From: Oopsacas minuta
Lineage: Eukaryota > Animalia > Porifera
Direction: 5' to 3'
Length of the DNA: 64,000 nucleotides
Assembly: GCA_024704765.1 (NCBI GenBank)
Contig: JAKMXF010000320.1
Location: forward strand, 248,001-312,000
The notes under the pieces: generated by a model
Databases searched by the model: none
Seen by the model: the letters and a program-made list of their open reading frames with translations, nothing else
What the model was told of the DNA's origin: nothing
Shown here: positions 1-13,817 of the stretch, piece by piece
Numbering within the stretch: position 1 is the stretch's first letter
Layout: every line of letters begins with the position of its first letter
Program-made: the position numbers and the translations under genes

Positions 1-290
1 AAAATATCCCTACTACATCCATCGAAAATACTGGAAGGAGAAGGGATATCTGCGTTACATCGTTCTGCAGTGTATCTGACTCCTTCTAGACAAGAAGGGC
101 AAGTTACTCCTAAATTGTCCATGCATGAACAGCACTTCGTGACATTGATAAACTTCTTCATCAATAGAATTATTGCAATAACACCAGCATAGAAAGTTAA
201 TAAAAGTAGTACGATTATAGGGATAAATGGTATTGTGGTAGTAGATATTCGTGAGGAATCAGGAGGAAAGAAGTATGGAGAGTTGGACAT
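1..290 (-). CDS. Partial ORF running off the window start; small single-pass membrane protein with Cys-rich tail
   Basis: ATG at 290 and 96 stop-free codons: MSNSPYFFPPDSSRISTTTIPFIPIIVLLLLTFYAGVIAIILLMKKFINVTKCCSCMDNLGVTCPSCLEG. A ~25-residue hydrophobic stretch is followed by KK and CCSC..CPSC. Not in the ORF track because it has no stop in the window. Confidence 0.45.
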   Translation of the reverse strand, partial: MSNSPYFFPPDSSRISTTTIPFIPIIVLLLLTFYAGVIAIILLMKKFINVTKCCSCMDNLGVTCPSCLEGVRYTAERCNADIPSPSSIFDGCSRDI

Positions 291-536
291 TTTCACTGCA
301 ATAAGCTCTAACCAAAGAAAATACATAGAATCATTCAGAGTGTTGATTTTTACTGTATAGACTATCAGTGGTGGGTGCATTAAATGCTGGTGATGGGATA
401 ATTATCTAGCTCGGGGTCTGGGGGCGCAATAAGCCCCTGAACGGCAAGTCCTATTTTCCACAACATTCATTACCTTTCTACTATCAGGAAACTTCGAATC
501 TCGAAATATTTTCTCTTAAAAGTTTTCGATTGACGA

Positions 537-2702
537 CACAGGCCTACACTTTTAGTTGTATTGATTTTGTCAACTGATATATACTAATTGTGTGTTGCTG
601 ATTCCGATTATTTAGTCAGTTTCTCCCTAATACGTCAAGTTACCTCACAATCCTATTACTACATTTATAGAACAAAATTGGTTTCAACCCTTATACGTTA
701 GATTGGATCAATTAAATTTCTGAAAATATCAATATTTCATTCACTAAGAATAATGATATAATTGTTACTAATATGAATGGAAGAAAGTGATACTATAAAC
801 ATGTAATATGAGCACTATTCAATCTAAAAATTTCTCTTGTTTGACTTTCTTGAACGTTGTTCGTTAGGACAATCTCTTTTTAGGCACCAACAGTAATCTG
901 CCATCATATGTGTGTCCCATCTTCCTTGATATCGCTGTTCCATCACTTTTATGTCTTGATGGAATCGTTCACCTTGTTCTTCACTCATATCACCTAGATT
1001 ATCCGGAAATCTATCAAGATGGTCTCTCAAATAATGAATTTTAATACTCATATTACAGCCAAGAGCATGATAGCTGTCGACTAACTCTGTGACTAGTTCT
1101 TTGTAGTTGGATGCCTTTTTATTACCAAGGAAATTAGAAACGACATTAGAGAAGCCTGCCACGCTCTCTTCTCTTCCTCGTTCATTGAATCTTTGAAGCT
1201 GTTATCTCTAAGTAACTTGCGAATCTGTGGACCTTTAAATATCCCTGCCTTTTTCTTCTCTTCACTGATTTATGGAAATAATTTCGGATATACTTGAAAC
1301 AATATCTGTCTTTATCCAGTGCTTTGATGAATTGCTTCATTAAACCAAGCTTAAAGTGGAGAGGAGGTAGAATTATTTTATTTATATGTACCAGAGAGTT
1401 ATACTGTCTCAATAACAAAGAAAATAGGGATACTTAGTGAACCCAGATTGTTGTCCTAATAGAAAGTTGACCATTTTGAGATCAACACAGATGACCCAAT
1501 CATGTGCAGAGTAGTTAATAATCTCTCTAATATCTCTTTCACATTATGTACTCCTCTTTGAGTTTAACTGAATATCCTATAGGAATTGAACCGAATATAT
1601 TTCCATTATGGAGTAGTACACATTTCAGACTCCTTTTGAAGCTGTTAATAAACAGCCTCCAGTCACTTGGATTGTAGTTCGGAACTCCCATTGCCAGTAG
1701 AAGACCCTCAACATTTGGACAAAACACCAAACCATTCTTTTCGCAGAAATACTGTTGAAACTCTTGCTCCCTGTAACGATATAATGTTACCTTTGTTCCT
1801 TGATGGAATAGATTCTTTTCTTTCAATCTAGTTGCAAGCAACTCAGAAGATTCTTTCGAGAGGTCAAGGTCACGAATTAAATCATTCAATTCCGCTTGGT
1901 TAAAGAGAGAAGGCTCCGAGGAAGGACCTCGAAAATCAACATCATATTCACAGTCATGATCATTGACTTCTGCAGAATTGGCACCATCTTCATCATCATG
2001 AGTCCGAGAAACTCTGTGAATATTGGTACAGGTAGATCACTACAATGAGGGACTGGTCGAATAGCAGATTCTAAATTTGGGTAATTCAGCAGGTGTCTGT
2101 CACTCTTTTTGCAGCCCATAACATTTACCATGCAGAAATACCAATCATCGAAATGACTTTTTGATTCTCTCCAAATCATAGGAATTCCGAAAGGGAGGTG
2201 TTTCTCTTTACCCTTACTCCAAGACCTCAATAATTCTACACAAGATTTACAGACCTTATGAGGTGCCCAACTTTTGTCCTGGTCGCCCAGCTTAACTTTG
2301 AAATACGCATGGTAAGCTCTATTCACAAATTCAGTAATATTCTGCATCTGAGGTTTCGGAGTATAGTAACCACAAATATAACAAAAAATGTCTGGAGAAT
2401 TGAAACACTTTCTTTTCGACATATCAACAAAATAGAATAACAGACTAGTTAAAAACCAATAAGCAAATAAGACTATTTGAATATATATACTATGTACATA
2501 ATGTTATTGTTGTAATATGTAATCATGATGAATTTTTGGCAAATATCGAAATTTTTCTGAAAATGTAGTTATATGGTTGTGAAAAAACCTGACGTGATAG
2601 GAAAAAACTGAATAGATATTCAGAATCAGCGCACCTAAATTAGTCTAAATCAGTGATCAAAATATAAACAACTGCAGTATAACATTTTTTTGTAGGCCTG
2701 TG
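537..2702 (-). mobile_element. Chapaev3-type (CMC) DNA transposon, family A copy 1, transposase pseudogene
   Basis: Termini CACAGGCCTACA...TGTAGGCCTGTG with ~100 bp imperfect TIRs. Flanks cga/cta. Split ORFs 2422-824 carry PDIFCYICG, LGDQDKSWAPH, WRLFI.S.KRSLKCVLLHNGN, PPLH and SEEQGERFHQDI; several frameshifts and a stop. Confidence 0.85.
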
Positions 2703-2742
2703 CTATTTAAGTGCATTGCCTCATTGTGTATTTATGTTGTGT

Positions 2743-3315
2743 CATAGCCTGCTAAGGATAAAGCCTGATCATTTGATGGGAAATCGCCAATAATATTAAA
2801 CTGGTACATTTTCACCAGAATACATTTATTATTGATATTTAAGAATTCACAAAAGTGACATAATTATAATGTTGTCGTGATAAAGTTCCAACGTTTCTCA
2901 GTTATCGCACAGACTATGGATTGCACGTATTTGTTAATATCCTTTATAACTTGATAATCGCGGAAATTATTGTCAAATCAGGATAGCCATTTTATAGTAC
3001 ATACCCTTGTAATATATTTTGATATGATACCCCTAAAGAATATCCCGCAATTTCAAAATGACCAAATCTGGGCATATTCATGATTACGTCATATTGGTAA
3101 GAGATATCATATCAAAATGTATAATAAGGATATGGGAAGTCAGGTATAACTATATTGGCCATGTTGGAACATTTCGAATTTCAACATTTTGAAACAGATT
3201 AATAATAACGATCTGCATGGTTTCAAAGATGGAACCTTTATTAATACACTTTTGCCAATTATGCTAGGATATTACGTCATTTCGATCTGAGATTTTCACA
3301 AATGTGGCCTTAGTG
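2743..3315. repeat. Degraded remnant of the CATAG-ended foldback family
   Basis: Starts CATAGCCTGCTA. Contains the tatattttgatatgata and atatgggaagtcaggtata motifs shared with 5385-5505, 48070-48240 and 52890-53060. Confidence 0.35.
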
Positions 3316-3514
3316 AACTCTTGCATATCTATTATACAGTAGAGTTTGTCTATTAGCAATTGCCTTATTAGCAAGTGTTTTTATAGTCACAATGGTCCAA
3401 ATTACGTTAATTATGTTCCCTTATTAGCAAGTTCGCCTATAAGCAAGTTTTCTCATAAAAACACGATTTACTAATAACTAAATAAGGGAGCTATAATGAG
3501 ATTATTCTGTAATA

Positions 3515-4819
3515 CGAGAGGCACTCGAAAAGTTTTGCCGTTTGATATGAAACCATTAATCTGTCGGATATTTTTCCGCATCCATCTTTTCAGACATATT
3601 TTATTACTCTACTTTGAAACTTTCATTCATTTATCTCTTCTACTTCATAAATTAGATAATTTTAGTATACATGGCTTCTAAAATATCTCAATCTAAATCA
3701 GATCTCACAAAACGTGATTTTCGAGCAATAATTTTGATCTTACTCAAACTACAGAAGACAAGAGTAGAAATCTATGAATCTTTACAGGAACATTTCCCGG
3801 ATCTAGCTCCTTCTCTAAGTACAGTTGAACGATGGTATAGGGAATTTATTCACGGAAACCTTGTTCTTGAAGATGCCCCTCGTTCAGAAGACCGAATATT
3901 TCACATAATGAAGAAAATGTTAAGGAAATGCTAGATCTAATTACTAAAGATCCTCATATTACGTACGCTCAGTTAGAGTATGAAACCGAGTTATCATCGG
4001 GGACAATTAATATGATTTTGCACAAAGAGCTTTGTAACAGGAAGTTGTGTGCCCGATGGATCCCCCATTCTTTGAACTTACAGCAAAAAATATCCCGCAT
4101 AGACTTTTGCAAATTATGCTCAAAAGGTTTGCTAATGGAAGTTCAAGAGCTGTTTCTGAGATCCTTACAGGTGATGAGACATGGATATACCATTATGATC
4201 CAGAAACAAAGCGAATGTCAAAGGAGTGGGTTGAAGAAGATGCCCCACCTCCAACCAAAGTGTGGAGGGCTAGATCTGTTGGGAAACAAATGTGGGCGAT
4301 TTTTTTCAGATCTAGTGGGTTTGTCGGAGCTGTTGCTCTCGAGGATAGAAAGACTGATACTGCCGACTGGTACACTACAGTGTGCCTACCCAAAGTCATC
4401 ACAGCAATTGAGTTACAGCGGGAGAAGACAGGCATTATAGGATTCTTCTTGATCATGATAATGCATCATCGCATACGGCAATCAGAACTCGTGAGTTCTT
4501 GGAAAATTCTGGACTCAAAACATTACCTCACCCACCCTACAGTCCTGATTTAGCCCCTTGCGACTTCTGGTTGTTCCATAGACTCAAAGATCAATTATGT
4601 GGGAGGAGATTTTCGACTAATGAGGAGTTGAGAGGGGCACTTTTCCAAGCGATCGGAGACATACCCAAAGAAGAGTGGAAAAAATGTTTTGATAATTGGT
4701 TTACCAGAATGAAAAAATGTATAGATTGTCAGGGAGAGTATTTTGAAAAATGTAATAGTCAATTTTATTATTACTATCTGATATGTCGGTCAACGTCAAA
4801 ACTTTTCGAGTGCCCTTCG
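3515..4819 (+). mobile_element. Mariner (DD34D) transposon, full length, frameshifted transposase
   Basis: TA TSD on both sides. TIR CGAGAGGCACTCGAAAAGTTTTG / CAAAACTTTTCGAGTGCCCTTCG. ORF pieces 3671-4760 include TGDETWIYHYDPE, HDNA (out of frame) and YSPDLAPCDFWLF. Confidence 0.95.
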
Positions 4820-4935
4820 TATCATTAGTCTTTTTAATACATTTAGCTTAAACTTCGAATTGTATTTAAAATTAGGAACAGCTAAAGCTAGACTACGATT
4901 AAGGGGAAATAGTATATGGGAGCGGTTGGCTTATC

Positions 4936-7900
4936 CATAGCATTCTATATAAGGCAATGAGTCCATTGAAAATTTGGATCAGGGACAGCGATAAATTGCA
5001 ATGAATTTATGTGGGAATCTTTATATTACAATATCATCAAAATAGTACACTTTTGGCCGACTAAATATATTAGTGGGTATTAAACTATAACCACATTTTA
5101 AGGCTGAAATGACATCAACAAATTGCTTTCTAGCAATTTTATCACCAAAGAATGCTCCACTTGGAAACCCTGTAAAGAGCCGATTAATGGATGGTACGTT
5201 TGCAAAATGATGACTATTGGGATTTCAAGGTGTTTTCTTTCCAAATTTCAAAAAATTGTCATGATAAATTTTGCCAGTTCCAGATTTATAGTATTAACCA
5301 TGGATGATAAATGTTCGCCAATATCAACCATAACTTGACAACTTTCAAAGTTATGGCCGAATCATCCTGTAAACATGTAGTATATACCTGACTTTCTATA
5401 TCACAATAATACATTTTGATATGATATCTCCAAAGGAAATTGCATAATTATCAATAATGCCAAATCTTGTCATCTTAAATTGCTTCATAATCTTCAGAGA
5501 TATCTCCATGGTCAAAATTTTGCCAAACGTGTATGCAATAATTGACTCTGACACAGATTCCAATGGGGCATTCTTGATAATAAAATTGTCTAAAAAGCAA
5601 TCTGGTGACGTCATTTCGTCCTGAAAATTTAGATATGGATTGTGTGTATAGTTTAATGCAGTGTTTCTCAAACTTTTTTCGGACAGCGCCCCTTGTCAAC
5701 AATATTCCCTCGATACCGCCCCCCTCCAGAAAGTCTGAATCTTTTTACTACACTCGTATTTGTTAATGATAATAAGTAATATTTATCAATTAATGAGAAG
5801 GGTGTACTTGAGCGTGATGTTCGTCGATAATCCCATTTATATCTGGTTTCATATCAGTGAGCAGCAATCTCAAATCTCCGCATTGAGAAATATCGAGTCT
5901 GTTTCTTTGCTTCGTTAGTAATTGAACGACTGCACTAAAACCTCTCTCAACGAGATATGATGTCGGAAACGCCAGAACTAGCAGTTTTGCTACTTCCACA
6001 AATTGGGAAATTTATTTCGTCCTGCGATTGCAATCCAAAATCTTTCATACCCCATCATTGTAAAATGAGCTTTTTCCTCGCAATCACTTTGCAAGTCCAT
6101 CAACTCTTCCTGTAAATAGAGTGGAACTGTTGGGGCATCCACACAGAAAGGGTCAATTAGCCAATGAGGCGGTTCAAGTTCCAACAAGTCAGTGAATCGC
6201 TTGATCATATCCGCTTTCAGTACTTCAAGATGTTCACAATATGCTAGCAAATCGTCATCTGAAATTTAGAGTCCTGCTAGGGGAGGAAACTGGTAAAATT
6301 CTCGTCGACCGATATTTTGTTTAAATAACCTTAGTTTCCCTATGAAGGAGCTGACAACAGTTTTACACTTGACCAGAGTGACTAAATTGCCTTGTAGTTG
6401 CAAGTTCATTGCGTTGAACTTATCAAAAATGTCAGTCAAGTAAGCTACATCTGATTTCGCTGCACTGACAAGCTGCATTAACTGCGGGTTCTCTTCCTCT
6501 AAATTTCTAAAATCGTGTCGAAAAGACTGTAGTAGAACCGACTGAGACACTTTCCTTTTGAGAGCCACCTCACTTCTGTGTGCAAAACCAGAAGTTCAAA
6601 TTCAGTTTCGTTTTCGTGACATATTTGGCGAAATATTCTTTCCTTGACTGCGGAAGCTTTGATTTTATTAATAACAGTAATGACGATATGCAATGAGTTG
6701 TGCAAGCGACCACTTAGATGTTTTGCTACCAAATGTTCTCGATGGACGACGCAGTGAATAGCGAAAACCTCAGGCACAGCATTTTTCAAGTACGAAATGA
6801 ACCACGATGCCTACCAACCATAGCTGGCGCCCCATCTGTTGCACAAGCAATGATATTATTCATGGGAATTTCCTTTTCCTGAAAGAAATTTTCCACGACT
6901 TTGTAGATAGATTCACCTTTTGTATCAGTTACTAGTGGTCTAGCAAACAACATTTCTTCAACCATTATTCCTTCGAGAATATATCGGACATATGCAAGGA
7001 GCAGTGCTTCGTTACCTGGCAATGTGGATTCGTCAATTTGAAGAGAAAATTCCGTTGTTTTAAGTATACTGTATAGTGTTTTCTCAACATCACTAGCCAT
7101 CAAATTTATTCTCCTAGCCACAGTATCATTGCTTAACGGAATGGACTTAATCACACTTCGCCCATCTGAATGCATAACAGTTGTAACTGCTTCCTGGATT
7201 GCAGGTAAAATGAGGTTTTCACCAATTATATGTGGCTTACCAGATTTTGCAATTAGTAACGAAATGTTATAGGAGGTAACCAAACCATCAATGTTTTGTC
7301 TATCTATTTTTCCAAATATTCCGCCCATTGTTTTTCGGCTGTCTCTCATTTTAATGAAGAATTGCACATCTTTCTCTACCTTATCACTGTGGCGCGATTT
7401 CAGATGATCAATCATTCTTGACGGCTTCATTCCCTCATTAGAAAATACTTGTTCGCACAACAAACACATTGGGAGTTGTTGATTGGAAGGAGATTTAACA
7501 AATCCGTATTTGATATAATCAGCACTATACTGTCTACACTTCTTTTACTATTCATTTCTTCGATCGAGTTTATCAATTCCTTTCGGTTTAGATTTCTACG
7601 TATGTATTTATATTGAAATTAAACAGATTACTAACTATTACGAAGTTTACATTTGTTTGAAGAACAATGATAATTGTATTTCGATTAGGAAAGCCATAGA
7701 CATTGTAACAAAAGAATTCTTCATTCATTTTTAAGGATTAGCTGTTGTTAATAATCACCAAGAGTATTACCACTGTAAATGGCTTTGATAATTGAAGTAT
7801 TTGCTAGCACCTATTGTTAATGAATAATGAGGAATATGATACCACTTTTTTGACCTGAGGTCGTATCTCTGTTTCGCTTTCTATAACCCACAGCGCCCCC

Positions 7901-8129
7901 TTGCTGCGTGGCCGCCCCCCTACAACCCTTCAGCGCCCCCCAGGGGGCTCTACGGCCCACTTTGAGAAACACTGGTTTAATGCCACTAATACATTTAGTC
8001 GGCCAAAAGTGTACCATTTCTTATACTATAGGAATATTTAGTTTCCCTATATAAGTTTATTGCAATTTATCGCTGCACCTGGCCGAAAATTTCAATGGAC
8101 TCATTGCCTTAGTACATAATATACTATTG
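4936..8129. mobile_element. Long-TIR foldback element (CATAGCATTCTATA terminus) interrupted by a hAT insertion
   Basis: 4936-5100 pairs in reverse with 7975-8129 (taaggcaatgagtccattgaaa / tttcaatggactcattgcctta; cttttggccgactaaa / tttagtcggccaaaag). The centre (5385-5505) resembles the centre of the 47603-48703 palindrome. Outer boundaries are uncertain. Confidence 0.55.
5659..7974 (-). mobile_element. hAT (Buster/Charlie, SCAND3/ZBED8-like) transposon with frameshifted transposase
   Basis: TIR CAGTGTTTCTCAAA / TTTGAGAAACACTG and perfect 8-bp TSD GTTTAATG. ORF pieces 7469-5790: CLLC..VFSNEGMKPS, FSLQIDEST, ATDGAP, IHCVVHREHL, HTEVRWLS, FPTSYLVERGFS. Confidence 0.95.
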
Positions 8130-8329
8130 ACAAGCAAACCGGGTCAATAGACTCCACATATACAACTTCCTATGAAACAATAATACATTTTATAGCAAAT
8201 TACTGAATAGTTTTAGGGATAAGAATAGCCCCGAGTTTGATGGCCCGAAATGGAGAGTCGACAGTCCTTACAATTAAGGGCATATGATGCTTATCAACAA
8301 ATTTGATAATACTTTTAGTCATAATATCG

Positions 8330-8484
8330 AAAATTCCCTCACTTTTCATCCAAAACTAACAATAATTGTCAATTATCCTACTTCCATGAATGCTTATATA
8401 ATTTCATCAATACGTGTTGCACTCTCCTCAATCGAGCCAAGACTAGATGAGCTAGCCAAATCGAACCAGGCGCAGTTCACATAA
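8330..8484 (+). mobile_element. hAT/Buster transposase C-terminal fragment
   Basis: IRVALSSIEPRLDELAKSNQAQFT resembles the Buster-type C-terminus LRVALS..EP....L....QAQ.SH. Confidence 0.5.
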
Positions 8485-8602
8485 ATTAAAAATGCTTATA
8501 ACTTCATGAGATTATAACTATTGATTGTTTATAGTTATTATGCATCACATATACTGGTAAATTACAATAAGCTTATATTTTCCTAGGGACAATGCCATAG
8601 AC

Positions 8603-9950
8603 CATGGGTTTCCAACCTTTTCGAACAAGGGGCCACATTCCAACTTTACTTCACATAAAGTTTCGATGATTAAATGTGAACTGATACATTTTGCAATTAA
8701 TTAACTGAAAGTTTAATTATAGCTATATTTTACTTTACTCTCGAAGTTTAATGAGATGTTTGGCATTGTTTTTGCTTGCACAAGTGGTCAATGTCTGCCG
8801 GTACACTTGATGTAGCGTTTCGAAGTATTCTGGTAAGATGTTCGTCTGTCAATTTAGATCTCGTATTTATTTAACGTTTTCATTCTTGACAAAAACTCTT
8901 CGCAGGAATATGTACTGCCTAACTGCAATGAAACTGAAGTGCAAATTGAGAGATAAATGGATAGGAAGCTGAGATAACATATTCACGATCTACTTTTGGA
9001 GAGCATGTTCAGCGAAAGCCCTCTTCAAATCACTGTCACTTTGAATGTCAATTAGTTCTAATTGGAACATGGCATGTGCATCATTAACATCAATCCTAAA
9101 TGGATCTGGAAACAGTATTTTCTGTGATTGAGTCCCTTAGATCTAATGAAATTGACGGTAGTAACAACTTTCATCGATGGCTAGACTATAAAATTGACAG
9201 GCACCGAGTCTCTTGATCAAAGTATTTTAAAATATTGGTTGCTAGGTCGTCCACTCTTCTAGCAAAGGTCTGAGATCAGATAATGGTTCCCTTTCTGCGC
9301 TATTGCTTCTGTTATTAAAAGCTGACCTTAGTAGCTGCCTCAGAACTTGGTCTTGCAGCTTTGAAAAAAGATTGCTGACCGATCATGTTCTGTTTCAGCG
9401 AGCTGCCTCGATCTTTTCTCATCTGACCGTTGAGCATGTCTCGTAGAATAATGTCGCTTGACATTGTATTCCTTGAAAATAGCTTTTTTTCTTGAAATAT
9501 CAAGCACAATATAACCTCATTGTACTCGATTACAAAAAATCATTCGTTCAAGATCCTTTGAAAAGTCGACATTCTCCATCAATTTTCCTTTTCTTGACAG
9601 TAGTCATCTTTGTTTTAGTTAGGAAATAAATCACGAATATGAAAATAGACATTATGTTGAGGTATTTATGCTAATTTTGATATGTTAGGAAATCATATAA
9701 ATGTGTGTTGAATATAAAAAATTGCCGTTTTAAGATGGCAAATGCGTGGAAAGATACCGTGATGTGTCTGGACAAACACTGAGCTGAAACTGGGTATCAT
9801 ATACAAATTGATCAATACAATGCATTCGACAAAAAATTGGATATTTTATAGAAAAGAAGTAGTCGATTTGGTTTGGAGTCATTTTGGTATTGGCAGTAAT
9901 GATCTACGTTCGTTTTACAGGGCAGGCGGGCCGTAGGTTAGAAACCCCTG
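8603..9950 (-). mobile_element. Internally deleted hAT (SPIN/GTF2IRD2-like) element
   Basis: Perfect 8-bp TSD CCATAGAC. TIR CATGGGTTTCCAACCT / AGGTTAGAAACCCCTG. Minus-strand remnants include KKRKIDGECRLF, VILCLI and a C-terminal TYSCEEFLSRMK...SKLTDEHL. Confidence 0.9.
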
Positions 9951-10108
9951 CCATAGACCTCTCCATATGCTGGCTATCACACAGTTTTTACTGTTTATTG
10001 CAAAATATAGATATGCAAATATAATAGTTTCTAAGAAAAATATGACAGTAAAATAACATTAAGTGGATTATTTGCAGAATTTACTAAAATAAATACAAAC
10101 TTATGTGA

Positions 10109-10158
10109 TGTGTCTGTGTCTGTGTCTGCGTCTGCGTCTGCGTCTGCGTCTGTGCCTG
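10109..10158. repeat. Hexanucleotide microsatellite (TGYGTC)n, about 8 units
   Basis: tgtgtctgtgtctgtgtctgcgtctgcgtctgcgtctgcgtctgtgcctg. Confidence 0.9.
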
Positions 10159-10526
10159 TATTTCGTAAATTTTGTTTAGTATGTGTGTTGTAACTATTTT
10201 ATGGAAATAAAATATATCTTACTTATCAAAGAAACATGTAGGAACATTTGGGTATTAAGGAATAAATTTAACACTTTTCTGTTGAGGTTGTAACATAAAG
10301 TTATAGAGGTTCTTGGGACCACGCTCCCAATACACCTCCAGTCAAATTTATAATGTCAATATCAGTAATTTAATCTTACGGAAAAGGGAAATAACTCAAT
10401 TTCATGCTCCTGATTTCACATATTAAAGTTTCTCATATGTTAATTTATTATTGTTTATGAATATAAAGTAAACAAATTAGCAAAATCTCAAAATTAACGT
10501 AGATGCTTGCTCTAAATATATCTATA

Positions 10527-13279
10527 TAGTCGACTCCGGTTAATCGGACCACTTTTGTCCAGAGTAAAGTGGTCCGATTATCCGAAGTGTCCGATTAACC
10601 GAAAAATCTTATTATCAATAACACTGCCCTGCGTCAAATTTGCTGATTATTATCCATGGGTTGTTTTTAGTTAACTTGAGTATACTGATTCTCAATCTGT
10701 CATCAGAATTCCCCTCTCACGTCTCGTTTTTACTCAAATGTCATTTTAATGTAAGTCGATTTTTTTAAGTACACTTCCCTAGAATAAATGATTATATTTG
10801 ATACTTGTGTGAATTTTTGTCTTTTGAAATAAACAGATGCGTGCTTTATTGCATTTTCTAATTAGTCCCTTTAACTTCATTCTTTTCTACATAATTTGTT
10901 TTATTTTTATTTTTGTTATATACAGCTTTATTGTACTATAGTCTACTATTTTGATATTTTATTATCATATGGCTTATCGGAGAAGGTGCACTAATGATCC
11001 AGACGTCTTTTGTTATATTTGTGGTAGTTTTATGACTTCTAAACAAACTACGGCAATAACAGGATTTGTTAAAAAAGCATATTTAGGATATTTTGGAATG
11101 AGAATAGGTGATCAAGACAAAACATGGGCTCCACATACAGTGTGCCGATCTTGTGTAGAAAATTTGAGATAATGGGCAAAAGGAAACAGAAAGAGTTTAA
11201 GTTTTGGAATTCCAATGATATAGAGAGAGCCACAAAATCACATTAGCGATTGTTACTTTTGTATGGCGAATATTTCCGGATTCAATGCTAAAACCACGTC
11301 ATTGATCAAGTATCCAAATTTACATTCAGCATTATGACCCGTTCCCCATTCTATTGATGTACCTGTTACAAAATTTACTAATTTGGGTGTTATCTCGGAA
11401 ATTGATGATTGTGAAACTAGAGATTCATTAATTAGAGAAGATGAGGATTTTATTCCGTGTGTATTATCTCGTTCTAATTCTCCACAGTTATTTAATCAGT
11501 CTGAATTAAATGATTTGGTACGTGATTTAGATTTACCTAAAGAATCTGCAGAGTTGTTAGGTTCTAGGCTAAAAGAAAAAAACTTGCTTCTCCCAGAAAC
11601 AAAATTTTACTCATATAGGAACAGAGAGATCGAATTTTTGAAATATTTCATAATGGAAGACGGATTTGTGTATTGTCATGATGTTTCACCGCTAGTTAAT
11701 GCTCTTGGATGTCCGTATGTACCTAATGATTGGAGACTCTTTATTGATAGTTCAAAACAAAGTTTGAAATGTGTTCTACTTCATAATGGCAACAAATTTA
11801 GTTCCATACCAATTGGACATTCAGTAAGTTTAAAGGAACGATATGATAACATGAAAATTGTGCTTCATAAAATTAATTATAACCAGCACAATTGGGTAAT
11901 CTGTGGTGACTTAAAATCATATGCATTCTTTAGGGACAGCAATCAGGATATACAAAATACCCTTGTTTTTTATGCTTATGGGACAGTCGTGCAAAGAGCG
12001 AACAGTATTCTAGACAGAGCTGGCCAGCTAGAACCAATCTTAATGTTGGAGATAAGAACATTATTCACGAGCCTCTAGTGGATCCTCTCAAGATTTTGCT
12101 TCCACCACTTCATATAAAATTAGGATTGATGAAACAGTTTGTAAGGGCATTAGATAAAGAAGGAAATTGTTTCAAATATATTACCGAGAATTTTTACTAC
12201 CTAAGTGATGAAAAAAGAAAAGCCGGTATATTCGACGGTCCTCAGATAAGACAACTTGTTCGAGATGATAATTTTCAAATTCTATGATATGCAAAGAAAA
12301 ATGTGCATGGAATGCATTTGTAAATGTCATGAAAAACTTCTTGGGAAATACGAAATCTCCTAATTATAAAATACTTGTGAATGAGTTGATTGAATCTTGC
12401 AAGAATCTCGGCTGCAATATGAGTGTAAAAGTTCACTTTCTTCACAGTCATATTGACTATTTTCCAGAGAATCTTGGAGCTGTTTCCGAGGAGCAAGGTG
12501 AACGATTCCACCAAGACATAAAAACAATGGAAACACGATATCAAGGGAGGTGGGACGTTCATATGATGGCTGATTACTGCTGGTGCCTCAAGAGAGATTG
12601 TATTGATGTTACTCATGCTAGAATGTCAAAAACGGAAATTTACTCCTGATTCAGACTAATATTTTCAAATTTATTTATTAACTAAGATTATATTATCAAT
12701 AAAAATTTTATTGTAATTCTTAGCAAAAATTTATAAATGGCAGATTTTCACTATTTTACTTGTGAGGTATCATGCGTTCATCGATAAATAACCAATATTT
12801 AAAAATAATTTTGTAAAAAAACTAGACGTGATACGTATATTTTACAACATTTTTCAAAATCAGTATTAAAATGTGGATTAGAAAATGTTTTGCAATAACA
12901 ATCAGCAAATAAAATTTTTTTTCCGCAGGGCTGTGTTATTTATTGCTAGATAAATATTTCTAGTCAATGGTAATCCTATTGCTAATTGACAAAAGAAGTA
13001 ATTGATTGTTGCTTAAGTGATCTTTCAGCATTTAGGTGAATTTTGTCAGCACAATCATCAAATCAGTTCTTTGGGCCATAAAATAATAATATAATCTAAA
13101 TTATATAAAAACCTAATCAAATTTTTGATGAATATATTGACTTCAAAAAAATAATGGTCCGATTAACCGATGTTTTGGTCCATATTAACCGAAAAATGTT
13201 AAATATTAATCCTGGATTAGATTCCGTTTAGGAAAAAATGGTCCGATTAACCAGTGGTCCGATTAACCGGAGTCGACTG
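10527..13279. mobile_element. pogo/Tigger-like MITE hosting a nested Chapaev3 element
   Basis: TA flanks. TIR (C/T)AGTCGACTCCGGTTAATCGGACCAC / GTGGTCCGATTAACCGGAGTCGACTG. Subterminal gtccgattaacc repeats. Confidence 0.8.
10622..12935 (+). mobile_element. Chapaev3-type transposon, family B, transposase pseudogene
   Basis: Termini CACTGCCCTGCG / CGCAGGGCTGTG, flanks taa/tta, shared inner atttgctgatt. ORF pieces 10968-12649: DPDVFCYICG, IGDQDKTWAPH, WRLFIDSSKQSLKCVLLHNGN, PPLHIKLG, SEEQGERFHQDI; in-frame stops present. Confidence 0.85.
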
Positions 13280-13817
13280 TATTATAATACTCAAAGGGGC
13301 AGTCAATTTGGAGAATAATGGATACCTCGAGGTGCAATGCCCCGAGTTCATCGCGAAGCGACTAGCCAAATGCTCGTATCATATTATATTACCTTAATCA
13401 CAGGTATATATGTACATTGTATTAATCTACGGACGAAAGTTGCGTGCACTGTAATGGTGGGTCTGTACAAGTATTACGAGCAAGACAACACATAACTTGC
13501 TATGAAACGTTGGTCCAAGTTGAAACAAACTTAGACATAGCTAATTTTTTGAAAATTTCTTGTGCAAATGCATATGTTACGGAAGAGGTTGGCGATTGCA
13601 TATAGATGGCTTCTTTCAGCATAATAAGGATTCTTTATGAATGTAAGCATTTCTCACATACAGGCCGCCAGTAGATGTTTGTGTTTACTTTTTATACATT
13701 GGCATACAATGGCAGAAATACCAACCGTAAAGTCAAAAGGAGCTGCGTACGTTACAGAATTTTTGTATTATTGAGGTAATGAATATTCCCGAATTTCATT
13801 GTATAGCTCCATATGAT

